The notes under the pieces are model-generated. The model ran no database searches. It was not told where the DNA came from and was given only the letters and a program-made list of their open reading frames with translations. From IMG/VR virus record IMGVR_UViG_3300045988_161200: a DNA stretch of 64,000 bases; one strand, written 5' to 3'. Of this stretch, positions 17,734 to 26,530 are shown one piece after another (the stretch's first letter is position 1; every line of letters starts with the position of its first letter). The position numbers and the translations under genes are program-made. Source of the stretch: a virus.

Positions 17734-19584
17734 ATGTCAATATATCAAGGCGACCAGAAAGTCGCAAATAATATAACTATCGAAAACGCTTCATATTCTG
17801 TGCCTATTGGTACAATTATCAGTTATGCCTCCACTACTCTCCCTATAGGTTTCTTGCTTTGTGATGGCTCGGAGATATCAAAGACTGACTACGCTGATTT
17901 ATATATTGTTATTGGCAACAAGTTCGGCACAGCTACAGATACTACGAAGTTTAAGCTCCCTGATTTGAGAGATAGATTTATTCAGGGTGCTAATGGTAAT
18001 TTAGGTGCAAGTAAAGACGCTGGACTTCCGAACATTACTGGTACATTTTATCACGATACAAATGCAAAAGCTGGACTATCGGGCGCATTTGCATCATATG
18101 AAAGTACAGGTCGGCAAAATTTAGCGAACGACCCACCAACAAATTCTGGTCTAATAACATTTGATGCTTCAAAATCAAACTCAATCTACGGTAACTCAAA
18201 TACAGTCCAGCCGCCCTCTGTTTGTTTAACATTTATCATAAAAGCAGAGAAAATCAGCGACCAGTATGCGGCAGAAGAAATAGGAAAAATAGAGGACAGT
18301 GTTAGTGAACTAAGGGAAGATATAGATAATCAATATGGTGGAAAGTGGATTTTTAAAAAAACAAATCCAGCCAATTATTTATATCCTATGATTGATTGGA
18401 AAACCGAGAACTATAATTTTACTGTAGACGATACATACTATATCAAACCGTTCTTTTTTTCGTCAGATAAATTTAAGTCAACTGGTAATGGTATAGCTGT
18501 ATATGGCTATACCTCGCCTTCTGAGTATGAAAAATTATTTAATTTAAATTCGATTGGCGAAAGTAATATATTCACATTAACTAAATCATATGTTAAATTA
18601 CGAATTGTATTTACATTAACAAATGCTGATACTAATGCTTTTGATTTTGGCGTATATTTTACAAAGCTTAATGATGCGTTAATATCCCATACAATAGATC
18701 TGGAAAATAAAGTAGCACATTTAAGTAATAAAAAAAGAAATAATGTACTTATTCTCGGAGACAGTTACAGTGCTATGGGAACGTGGATTGAAAAACTAAA
18801 CAACAAAATATCGTTGGGAACTATTGTTAATCTTGCTGTTGGTAGTGCAAGATTAAAGGATAAATATGGAGATAGGACAGCATATCCGTATAGCAACAGA
18901 CCTTCATATGCCGCCGAATGGAACAGTAATCAAAATACTTTTGCTTGTCAGATTGAAAAACTGAAAAGACTAATGGTGGGAACGGATTTAGATGTTGGAG
19001 AAATCAAATTATACAAATCATCTACAGAGTATCCATCTATAATTTTTGTTGAAGGTGGCAAGAACGATGCGAAAGATACAAGCACCGATAATTATATAGA
19101 TGCTATTTATTCCGTACAGCATGGTTATTACAAACGTAAAACAACAGATTCTACTGCGGTGGAAAGCAATGTAAAAATACCTACACCCTATACCGATACA
19201 GACAGAACAAATTTTGCAGGAGCAATGCGATATATTTATGGTGCTTTACATAATATATTCCCTGAAGCTATGATTTTCTTTTTCACTCCATCTGGTATCA
19301 ATTATGCCTTGGACGGGCTACATTATGTTGAAAAATCAAATCAAATAAAAAAAGCCGCTGAATTACTTTGCACGCCAATTATTGACTGGGCATCAAACGG
19401 TAGATTAACATATGCCGATAATGTTGTAACAGGTGATGGAACGGTAGATAATCCATATATCGGATCTGTTGCCAGCGATTATACATTGGATTCAATTCAC
19501 CCAAATGACAAAGGCGCTGATTATCTTGCTGATGAAGTTGCAAAAATATTAGTTGCTTATAATTTAGCAAGCTATTTAAGCTGA
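17734..19584 (+). CDS. Tail fibre with phage tail-collar domain and C-terminal SGNH/GDSL hydrolase
   Basis: Tail collar: PIGTIISYAS..LPIGFLLCDGSEISKTDYADLY..FKLPDLRDRFIQG. SGNH blocks: ILGDSYS, GGKNDA, DSIHPNDKG. Confidence 0.8.
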   Translation: MSIYQGDQKVANNITIENASYSVPIGTIISYASTTLPIGFLLCDGSEISKTDYADLYIVIGNKFGTATDTTKFKLPDLRDRFIQGANGNLGASKDAGLPNITGTFYHDTNAKAGLSGAFASYESTGRQNLANDPPTNSGLITFDASKSNSIYGNSNTVQPPSVCLTFIIKAEKISDQYAAEEIGKIEDSVSELREDIDNQYGGKWIFKKTNPANYLYPMIDWKTENYNFTVDDTYYIKPFFFSSDKFKSTGNGIAVYGYTSPSEYEKLFNLNSIGESNIFTLTKSYVKLRIVFTLTNADTNAFDFGVYFTKLNDALISHTIDLENKVAHLSNKKRNNVLILGDSYSAMGTWIEKLNNKISLGTIVNLAVGSARLKDKYGDRTAYPYSNRPSYAAEWNSNQNTFACQIEKLKRLMVGTDLDVGEIKLYKSSTEYPSIIFVEGGKNDAKDTSTDNYIDAIYSVQHGYYKRKTTDSTAVESNVKIPTPYTDTDRTNFAGAMRYIYGALHNIFPEAMIFFFTPSGINYALDGLHYVEKSNQIKKAAELLCTPIIDWASNGRLTYADNVVTGDGTVDNPYIGSVASDYTLDSIHPNDKGADYLADEVAKILVAYNLASYLS

Positions 19585-19604
19585 TTAACCAAGGAGAAAT
19601 AAAA

Positions 19605-19823
19605 ATGTCAATGAACATCAAAACATATGTATGCGCCATTATCGGCGCAATAGGTAGGGCTGTTTCGGCAGCCTTGGGCGGCTGGAAAATTGCAAAATGC
19701 TATGAATTTTCGTTGATAGGGCTGCCTGCACCGTATGACATGACCGAACTAAACGCCAAGCGGCAGGCGGTAAGAAATTTGACATTCCTGTGGTTAGGAA
19801 AGAGTAGCAGCAGATGGGGGTAA
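19605..19823 (+). pseudogene. Possible holin N-terminal remnant fused to unrelated sequence
   Basis: AAGGAG RBS. MSMNIKTYVCAIIGAIGRAVSAALGGW resembles the start of Firmicutes phage holins; similarity ends after GGW. The region is visibly GC-richer than its flanks. Confidence 0.3.
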
Positions 19824-19830
19824 TTCTCAA

Positions 19831-20175
19831 ATGATAGTATATAAAAACAAATGGTTTATTATCAATATGGAACACCCAGATACAGACTGGCTCGGAGATG
19901 CCGATTGGGTTGTTCCAGATGATTCGGAACTTGGTAAGAAAATAGTATCCTATGCACCTAATTTTGATCTTATAATCAAGAACGGCAAGCTTATTGATGT
20001 TAAAAGGGGGTAAGATTACTAAGGAAGAGCTTGATGGTATCAAGGAAGATAAAATTGCACAGTCTAAAAAACGCTGTCGAGTTGGCTTGCAAATCATCCG
20101 TATCTGTACAGCGATGGCAAGCATTACAGCTGTACCGAGGAAAAGCAGTCACTCCTGAATAGGAACTTGAGATGA
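19831..20175 (+). pseudogene. Twice-frameshifted fibre-associated gene (DUF4376-like)
   Basis: ORF 19831..20013 continues as ITKEELDGIKEDKIAQSKK after the A4G5 run (20002-20010), then as TLSSWLANHPYLYSDGKHYSCTEEKQSLLN after the A6 run (20066-20071). Confidence 0.45.
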
Positions 20176-20240
20176 TGGATACGCCGCCCATCTAAATATT
20201 ACGTCAGAACAGAGGTAATAAACCTGTTTATAATAAATTA

Positions 20241-20277
20241 TGGGATAGTAGAATAAAATCTGCTATCCCATTTTTTT
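20241..20277 (+). terminator. Strong intrinsic terminator ending the plus-strand arm
   Basis: Stem TGGGATAG (20241-20248) / CTATCCCA (20263-20270) followed by T7. Confidence 0.75.
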
Positions 20278-20293
20278 ACGATTTACGATTATT

Positions 20294-20875
20294 TTATTTC
20301 CCAGCAAAGGGGCTAATGTCTGCTAAGAAGACATATCGTTTTCCTCCTCCATCTTCGCCCATGCACTGTTCAATATCTTTTTTCCTGCGAATACACTCAT
20401 TTTTATTATTAGAGTATTCACAAAGGGTTTTATAGTTAAATTTCATCTCCTCTGAAGTGTTCGATATTCGAGTATAAGCCGTTTCATCACGATTTAAAAT
20501 AAATTCATCATTCTCAAGTAGAGAGTTTAGGAAATGATTCTGAATAACATATTCAGGGGCAAGTGTTTCAAAACACTTGTAAACATCTTCTTGTGCCATC
20601 CTTTCTAAGCGCTCATACATTTTTATTTCTTCAAGTAGCAAAACATATTTTGGCAACAACTGTACAAAGGCGTTCTCCGTGACGTGCATCAGTCGCTCTA
20701 TACTCGTGTTTAAAGCTTTTGATAACTTGAGCATTGTCAAAACATCAACATTGGTTAAGTCATTGAGTTCTTCAAGCTCCGCAAGCCTTTCGGGGGTTAT
20801 TTTTGCTTTTTCGGCTGCTTCTTCTAAGGAAAAATCATTACACTCTCTAATTTCCTTGATTAAATTTCTTTTCAT
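20294..20875 (-). CDS. XRE-family HTH transcriptional regulator (candidate repressor)
   Basis: GAGGAGGA RBS before ATG 20875. HTH segment FSLEEAAEKAKITPERLAELEELNDLTNVDVLTMLKLSKALNTSIERL. About 120 aa of C-terminal domain are unassigned. Confidence 0.8.
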   Translation of the reverse strand: MKRNLIKEIRECNDFSLEEAAEKAKITPERLAELEELNDLTNVDVLTMLKLSKALNTSIERLMHVTENAFVQLLPKYVLLLEEIKMYERLERMAQEDVYKCFETLAPEYVIQNHFLNSLLENDEFILNRDETAYTRISNTSEEMKFNYKTLCEYSNNKNECIRRKKDIEQCMGEDGGGKRYVFLADISPFAGK

Positions 20876-20886
20876 TTTTGTCCTCC

Positions 20887-21912
20887 TCAAATTTTATGAA
20901 TCGTAGTAATCGCATTATTTGAATCGCCACCTACAAATATAGGGGCAGTCCATTTTAACACCAATTTTCTACTACCGTCTGATTGAGAACCGATCCAGTA
21001 GTGATGCCAGTGTCCTCGGCGAGTGTGAGGATGAGGACTACTATGTGAACCGTGAGTTCTAATCCTGTCATTATTCGCTGTTTCTGTTTGAGCTTTTTGA
21101 ACATTGTGGGCATATTTTACACCCACATCCCAAGATCGTATTTCTCTATATACGTCTTTGGGCTTATTGCCAGATGGTTTTCGGGTTATTTTTTTCTGCT
21201 GTGCATTCTCTTCAATTTCAGCATTTTCAGCACATATATATAATACCAACTGAAAGCGTTTAGCAATTTCGTCAAAAAACCATTTGGCAATATCTTCGGA
21301 GAATAAATCTAAATCCATAGCCGAAAACATCTCGGTTATCTTGTCGCCATATTTTTCGGCATTTTTAATGGCTAAATCTAAACCATCATTTATGCCGTCT
21401 AATATGGTATATCCATCTTTGAGATGTACCCAAGTGTTAAGAATTTTTATTATACCGTCAATAGTTTTTTTGATGATACAAAAACGTAATTCCATATGAA
21501 ATGTATTCATATCATGCTCAAAGAATGTAAAAAATCCTTCATCGTTTCCTGTGCTAATGTACACACAAGGAAACGGTATTTGATATAATATGTCTATTGG
21601 CATTATTATATCATCACTTTGAGCATACAGAGTTTCTTTCAGTTCTTCGGAAAAGGAATAAATCTCTTTGTATTGCCGCCAGCTGGAAAGAGCTGCCAGC
21701 AAAGCTGCGGTATTCAAATCGGTATCGTGATATTTTTCAATCATGATCCCCTGCGCACCTCCTAACGGACAAAAACACAGATTATTCCAATCAGGAAGGT
21801 CTTTGCCTTTTCCTTCACGGACATAATCAATCCACTCCCAACAGCCAGGATGGGTCTTTTCAAAGTCTTTAACAAGCTCTAACGGCAGTGGCAAAGACTG
21901 TTTACGTTTCAT
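20887..21912 (-). CDS. Hypothetical protein with His-rich basic C-terminal motif
   Basis: Start taken at ATG 21912 (AAAGGAGAG RBS, ATGAAACGTAA overlap with the upstream stop). C-terminal HGSHSSPHPHTRRGHWHHYWIGS...RKLVLKWTAPIFVG. No family assigned. Confidence 0.6.
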   Translation of the reverse strand: MKRKQSLPLPLELVKDFEKTHPGCWEWIDYVREGKGKDLPDWNNLCFCPLGGAQGIMIEKYHDTDLNTAALLAALSSWRQYKEIYSFSEELKETLYAQSDDIIMPIDILYQIPFPCVYISTGNDEGFFTFFEHDMNTFHMELRFCIIKKTIDGIIKILNTWVHLKDGYTILDGINDGLDLAIKNAEKYGDKITEMFSAMDLDLFSEDIAKWFFDEIAKRFQLVLYICAENAEIEENAQQKKITRKPSGNKPKDVYREIRSWDVGVKYAHNVQKAQTETANNDRIRTHGSHSSPHPHTRRGHWHHYWIGSQSDGSRKLVLKWTAPIFVGGDSNNAITTIHKI

Positions 21913-22381
21913 TAGTGGAACTCTCCTTTTCGTTAAATACCTCTTTTTTGAAATATTCAAAAGCTTCTCTGTTTTCCCTGTGATCTATCCAGAATTTTGC
22001 ATTGTCCTTAGTAACGGTAACGTCCAAAATTTTTTGTATTACTTCAAGGCAAGCTTTCGCATTTTCCTCATCTTTTGAGTGTTCTGCAATAGCTTTATTG
22101 GCTTTGTCTCTGAAGGGATATATATCGTTATTCAAAAACTGTGCTGCTATCTGATATGCCCATCTAATTTGTTTCTCTGTACCCTCTGTTATAAACAGAC
22201 CAATGTCGTTACAGTTTTTTACATATTCTTTATGCTGTTCATCTAATGATTTTCTGTAACATTCTGAGCAAATTCCATATTTCTCCAGCCACTCTATTCT
22301 TCTTTTTCGCTCAGTTTCTTTTTTAAATAACTGTATGGTCTCCGTGTGTCCGCAGCTAAAATGTACATCATATTTTGCCAT
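21902..22381 (-). CDS. Hypothetical zinc-ribbon protein
   Basis: Start taken at ATG 22381 (GAGGGG RBS), downstream of the promoter. MAKYDVHFSCGHTETIQL...GICSECY. Confidence 0.6.
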   Translation of the reverse strand: MAKYDVHFSCGHTETIQLFKKETERKRRIEWLEKYGICSECYRKSLDEQHKEYVKNCNDIGLFITEGTEKQIRWAYQIAAQFLNNDIYPFRDKANKAIAEHSKDEENAKACLEVIQKILDVTVTKDNAKFWIDHRENREAFEYFKKEVFNEKESSTNET

Positions 22382-22411
22382 AGTTTCAACCCCTCGTTTT
22401 ATAGTATTTAT

Positions 22412-22440
22412 ATTATACACCTTTTGGATGATTTTGTCGA
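22412..22440 (-). promoter_or_regulatory. Sigma-70-like promoter for the 22381-20294 operon
   Basis: Minus strand reads TCGACA-17 nt-TATAAT, about 25 nt upstream of ATG 22381. Confidence 0.5.
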
Positions 22441-22499
22441 GTGTTTTTTGGATTATCGGATAAAAAAGAACAAACCTGATGTGAGTCTGTTCCTTGTCA

Positions 22500-24254
22500 T
22501 CATATGCCCGTTTGAACAGTAAAGGTTATTTTGCGACAATGCCCTATATGTCTCATATCAGGATGGATAAAGCTCCATTGTTGTTTGGTAGTCATCTTCT
22601 TAGTGATGTTACCCGAACAACAATGATGTTTGTCTCGAATACAAGTATAGTTATTACTCTCACCGGTTTTTAATTTTATCTCGATTTTCATACATTCTTC
22701 GTTTCGAGGAATTATTGTTATCCTATCTACTACTGTTGTAACTATTTCGTCCACCTCTTCTTTTGTCATAATTCTGTCTGGATGATACATTTCCTTAAAA
22801 TACTTCTCAATTTTTTCAAGCTCTTTGGCATAGGCTTCTGAAGAACAATTTCTTTTTTCAATAGCAGAGACTTCTTCTTCTAATTCGTTAATGAGAATGT
22901 TGGAAGCATCATTTCTTTCCTTAAATTCTTTTTTGGTAATGATATCTTCAGTATACGCATCAAGAAGTTTTTCTCTCTTTGCTTTTTCCTTTTCTATCTT
23001 TGCTTTAAGAGCATTGAGTTCACGTTGATTTTCGGACGATGTATCTGTTTCACGATAAATTTTCAAAAAGGTTGCAACATAGTCGTCAATGTTTTCAGCG
23101 ATGTTTTTAAAATGTTCTGATAGCATTTGATATATGTCCGATTCGAGAATTGCAAATGAAGCGCAAGCTCCCGCTCCAAAACGACGTTTTTCACTGCATA
23201 TCCATTGATATATAGGTGTTCCCTTTGAAACACTATTAGAGTAGCTTGTGCGCCAATATGCCTTGTCGTCTGCACCGCACCAGATTTTTCCAGATAAGGC
23301 GCTTCTATCTTTGAATGATCTTGAATGACTCTTTACTACTGCGCTTCTTTCACGAAAAATTTTATTGCACTTATCCCACAGTTCTTCACTGACTATAGCT
23401 GGAACTATTTCTCCAGTTTCGTCTTTGTATACAATCCATTCGTTTTCAGGCAAGAAGCGTTGTTCTTTAGTGCGATAGTCAATAATCTTTACTTTGTTAC
23501 CGCAATAATAACCTTTGTATTTGGGATTTTGTATAATTCCCGAAATAGTGTTATGGTGTAACCGGGTACCATTTCTACTACGATACCCTTTATTATACAG
23601 AATATCTTCTAACTTTCTTACGCTATAAGCTCCAGTAGCATATCTATCAAAGATTAATCGAATCATTTCAGCTTCTTTTTCATTGATAACAAGCTTACAA
23701 TTATCTTTATCGTACCCATAGATACGATTATTACCCATAACAGTTCCATTTTCAATAGAACGCTTATGCCCCCAACGAACACGCTCAGAAAGTTTACGAA
23801 CCTCATCAGCTGCAATACTTGACATTATAGTCAAACGTAGTTCACTGTCTGTATCAATGGTGCAGATATTATCATTCTGAAAGAAAACTCCAACACCAGC
23901 ACGAAGAAGTTCACGAGTGTAAACCAAACTATCAACTGTATTACGGGCAAAACGACTGACCTCTTTGGTGAGAACGAGGTCGAATCTTCCAGCTTTCCCA
24001 TCTTCTATCATTTGTATAAAGTTTGTACGATTGATTGCATTTTCTCCTCTAATACGATCAATATATCCCTCGACATATGTCCAGTTTTTATTAGATTTAA
24101 TAAAGTCGGTAAAATATGTTATCTGGTTCTCAATAGAGTTTTCTTGTTCTTCTCTGGTCGTTGAAACACGAGCATAAAAGGTCACTCTGAGTTTTAAATC
24201 AAAGATTGTTTTTTGCTCATATTTCATTCGATTGGCGGTTTCGTATATATCCAT
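22500..24254 (-). CDS. Large serine recombinase (integrase)
   Basis: Resolvase catalytic domain FYARVSTTREEQENSIENQ...LVLTKEVSRFARNT, recombinase domain, then a Cys-rich zinc/coiled-coil region. GGAGGG RBS. Confidence 0.9.
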   Translation of the reverse strand: MDIYETANRMKYEQKTIFDLKLRVTFYARVSTTREEQENSIENQITYFTDFIKSNKNWTYVEGYIDRIRGENAINRTNFIQMIEDGKAGRFDLVLTKEVSRFARNTVDSLVYTRELLRAGVGVFFQNDNICTIDTDSELRLTIMSSIAADEVRKLSERVRWGHKRSIENGTVMGNNRIYGYDKDNCKLVINEKEAEMIRLIFDRYATGAYSVRKLEDILYNKGYRSRNGTRLHHNTISGIIQNPKYKGYYCGNKVKIIDYRTKEQRFLPENEWIVYKDETGEIVPAIVSEELWDKCNKIFRERSAVVKSHSRSFKDRSALSGKIWCGADDKAYWRTSYSNSVSKGTPIYQWICSEKRRFGAGACASFAILESDIYQMLSEHFKNIAENIDDYVATFLKIYRETDTSSENQRELNALKAKIEKEKAKREKLLDAYTEDIITKKEFKERNDASNILINELEEEVSAIEKRNCSSEAYAKELEKIEKYFKEMYHPDRIMTKEEVDEIVTTVVDRITIIPRNEECMKIEIKLKTGESNNYTCIRDKHHCCSGNITKKMTTKQQWSFIHPDMRHIGHCRKITFTVQTGI

Positions 24255-24287
24255 TTTTACCCTCCGTTATGCAATGATTATATGTTA

Positions 24288-24316
24288 ATGATACCATACC
24301 AATAGAGATATGTCAA
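24288..24316 (-). promoter_or_regulatory. Sigma-70-like promoter upstream of the integrase
   Basis: Minus strand reads TTGACA-17 nt-(TGG)TATCAT, ending about 34 nt before ATG 24254. Confidence 0.5.
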
Positions 24317-24322
24317 GGCGTA

Positions 24323-24463
24323 TTAGGTGGATATTTTTTCAATAGCTGCAATCATTTTATTGCATTTTGTTAAGTCAATTTTCTTTTGTTTAAATAAGAT
24401 CATTGTCCATGCTTTTAATGTTGCCTTTTTTATATATAATTTATCTGCTTTGTCTCGTGCCAT
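24323..24463 (-). CDS. Small 46-aa protein upstream of the integrase (not in the ORF track)
   Basis: AGGAGGTG lies 6 nt before the ATG. MARDKADKLYIKKATLKAWTMILFKQKKIDLTKCNKMIAAIEKIST. Function unknown (RDF or regulator candidate by position only). Confidence 0.45.
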   Translation of the reverse strand: MARDKADKLYIKKATLKAWTMILFKQKKIDLTKCNKMIAAIEKIST

Positions 24464-24534
24464 ATATACACCTCCTGAAATAGTTTTCTCTTAATGGATG
24501 GAAATTATTCCATATTATGTATTTATATAATAGC

Positions 24535-24559
24535 GGCGCTCCCTTTTATTGAGAGCGCC
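24535..24559 (-). terminator. GC-rich hairpin just downstream of dUTPase
   Basis: GGCGCTC (24535-24541) / GAGCGCC (24553-24559) with an 11-nt loop. The downstream U-tract is weak. Confidence 0.35.
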
Positions 24560-24565
24560 AACTTA

Positions 24566-25069
24566 TTACTTACCACTACTTCCTAATGCACCCATTCCCC
24601 TATCAGATGCTATTTCTTTAAGTTCATTATATGTAAGTTCTTCAACCTTAACCTTTGGAACAGGAACTACAAGAACCTGTGCTATTGCTTTTTCATAGGG
24701 ATAAATAGTATAACCACTTGTGTTTTTCATAAATATATAATCGGCATCTTTTTTAACAATAGCTATCTTTTTATTTGTTGTATTGGTAATGGGAACAAAC
24801 CACTCGTTACGGTAGCCACTGTCGATTACACCACACCTCTGAGCAATACCCTTACTACCTGTTGACCCTCTCTCTTTGAGAATAAAACAATAATCTGCAT
24901 CGCACGCAGAAGCAATGCCTGTTGGTATCAATGTAGTTGTATGTGGGTCAATGATAATAAAATCATCTTCAAAGTCAGCATAGATATCAAATCCTGCGTC
25001 CTCGTCTCTCTTTGTGGGTATAATTGCTGTGGGTCTTACCCTTGCAAATTTAACTGTTGTGTTCATCAT
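24566..25069 (-). CDS. dut: dUTP diphosphatase (trimeric dUTPase)
   Basis: Motifs DAGFDIYA, GVIDSGYRNEW and RGMGALGSSGK. Confidence 0.85.
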   Translation of the reverse strand: MMNTTVKFARVRPTAIIPTKRDEDAGFDIYADFEDDFIIIDPHTTTLIPTGIASACDADYCFILKERGSTGSKGIAQRCGVIDSGYRNEWFVPITNTTNKKIAIVKKDADYIFMKNTSGYTIYPYEKAIAQVLVVPVPKVKVEELTYNELKEIASDRGMGALGSSGK

Positions 25070-25203
25070 ATATGCTCCTTTATTTTAATTTTTCTTTTAA
25101 AAATAAGCCCATACTCTGGCTTTGATATATGTCTTATCTTTTATAAATTTATTACGCATCTAGATGAGAATACCAATTATACCAGTTATGATATAATAAA
25201 TCA

Positions 25204-26289
25204 TCATATATAGCCTCTTACTTTCTTTATATTTTTCTTAATACTTTCAATAACATAATTGACTTCTTCATCTGTAAGTGTATCGTCCCAAGATAATCTT
25301 ATACTATTGTATATATATTCCTTGGGTGTTCCTATGGCTTTTAAAACGTGTGACGGCTCTAAGCTTGCTGAATTACAAGCTGAACCCGATGACACACAAA
25401 TACCGTCCATATCTAGGAGGAGCATAAGGCTTTCTGATTCTACATTATTAAAAGCTACATTAAGCGTTGATGATATGGAATGAGTTACATTTGTATTGAA
25501 ATAAACATCTTGCCAAAACGAAAAAGCATCAACAAATTTGTTCTGTATTTCTCTGCAACGTTTATCTCTTTCGGAAGAAAAATTATAGAGTTCAGCAGCT
25601 TTACCAATACCTACAATAGATGCTACATTTTCTGTCCCTGCCCTATGATTGGTTTCCTGCTGACCACCATAAAGCATAGGTTTAAACTTGTCGGGTCCTT
25701 TTATGTACAGTATACCTATGCCTTTCGGACTATGGAATTTATGACCACTAAGACTTAGAAAATCACAGTCAAGTTCTTTAACGTCTATTGGGACGTGATT
25801 GAAAGCTTGAGTTCCGTCAGAATGAAACAAAACCCCCATTTCGTGAGATATTTTTGCCATATCTGCAATGTCATATATCTGTCCAATTTCGTTATTGACA
25901 AACATATGGGAGACCAAATCGGCAGAATATCTAAAGATATCATTGGTGAGAGGTGCAAAGGTTCTCATTTCTGTCGTATGTGGTCTTTTAAGTATTGAAT
26001 GATGTTCATATGGTGAACAAAGTATACTCTTAAAGTTTGAACACACCCAATTATTGCTCTCTGTAGCTCCTGATGTAAAAAATATCTGATTAGGTTCTGC
26101 GTTAATAGCCTTTGCAATTTGGTTTCTCGCTGTTTCTACAGCTTTGTGTGCTGTTCTGCCGAGAGAATATAACGATGATGGATTACCATACTGTTCTGTA
26201 AGATACGGCATCATAGCATCAAGAACTGGCTTGGTTATTAGGGTAGTAGCGGCGTTATCAAGATAAATTGGTTTGTTAATAGTTATCAC
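25204..26289 (-). CDS. Cysteine desulfurase (NifS/IscS-like, class V aminotransferase)
   Basis: YLDNAATT; PLP-lysine motif SGHKFHSPKGIGILY; active-site SSGSACNS. Confidence 0.85.
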   Translation of the reverse strand: MITINKPIYLDNAATTLITKPVLDAMMPYLTEQYGNPSSLYSLGRTAHKAVETARNQIAKAINAEPNQIFFTSGATESNNWVCSNFKSILCSPYEHHSILKRPHTTEMRTFAPLTNDIFRYSADLVSHMFVNNEIGQIYDIADMAKISHEMGVLFHSDGTQAFNHVPIDVKELDCDFLSLSGHKFHSPKGIGILYIKGPDKFKPMLYGGQQETNHRAGTENVASIVGIGKAAELYNFSSERDKRCREIQNKFVDAFSFWQDVYFNTNVTHSISSTLNVAFNNVESESLMLLLDMDGICVSSGSACNSASLEPSHVLKAIGTPKEYIYNSIRLSWDDTLTDEEVNYVIESIKKNIKKVRGYI

Positions 26290-26516
26290 TCCCTCATAAG
26301 TTTATATAAATCGGTTGGATTATCGGCTTTGTGTTTAGTTTTTATAATTGTATCGTTTGTAACTTCATACAAGTAATAAACATCTCTGAGTACAGTAGAT
26401 GTTATGTAGTATTTTGGTTTACCATCAATTTTATAGGTTAAGCAGACAGTTTCACCTTTACTGAATGGTGATTTGATGTTTTCTGTCTCGGTTTCTGTTT
26501 TCTTAGGTCTTGGCAT
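26286..26516 (-). CDS. Hypothetical protein
   Basis: 76-aa ORF with an AAAGGAGGG RBS. Its stop overlaps the desulfurase start. Confidence 0.55.
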   Translation of the reverse strand: MPRPKKTETETENIKSPFSKGETVCLTYKIDGKPKYYITSTVLRDVYYLYEVTNDTIIKTKHKADNPTDLYKLMRE

Positions 26517-26530
26517 TTCGCCCTCCTTTT

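Noticed and set aside
19680-19830. GC-rich stretch examined for a tRNA or other structured RNA (6-bp GCCTGC/GCAGGC pairing).
   Set aside because: No cloverleaf, T-loop (GTTCGA-type) or extended helices could be found by eye. The region is better explained as a foreign gene remnant.
19639-20191. 161-aa minus-strand ORF 19639..20124 and 63-aa ORF 20000..20191.
   Set aside because: Long open frames are expected by chance in this GC-richer patch. There is no RBS, the sequence is odd and Cys/Arg/Pro-rich, and the plus strand carries recognisable gene remnants.
22421-24565. Search for attP next to the serine integrase (short palindromes such as TTATCgGATAA near 22455 and GGAAattaTTCC near 24500).
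   Set aside because: The inverted repeats are only 4-5 bp and could be chance. attP cannot be called without the bacterial attB or attL/attR junctions.
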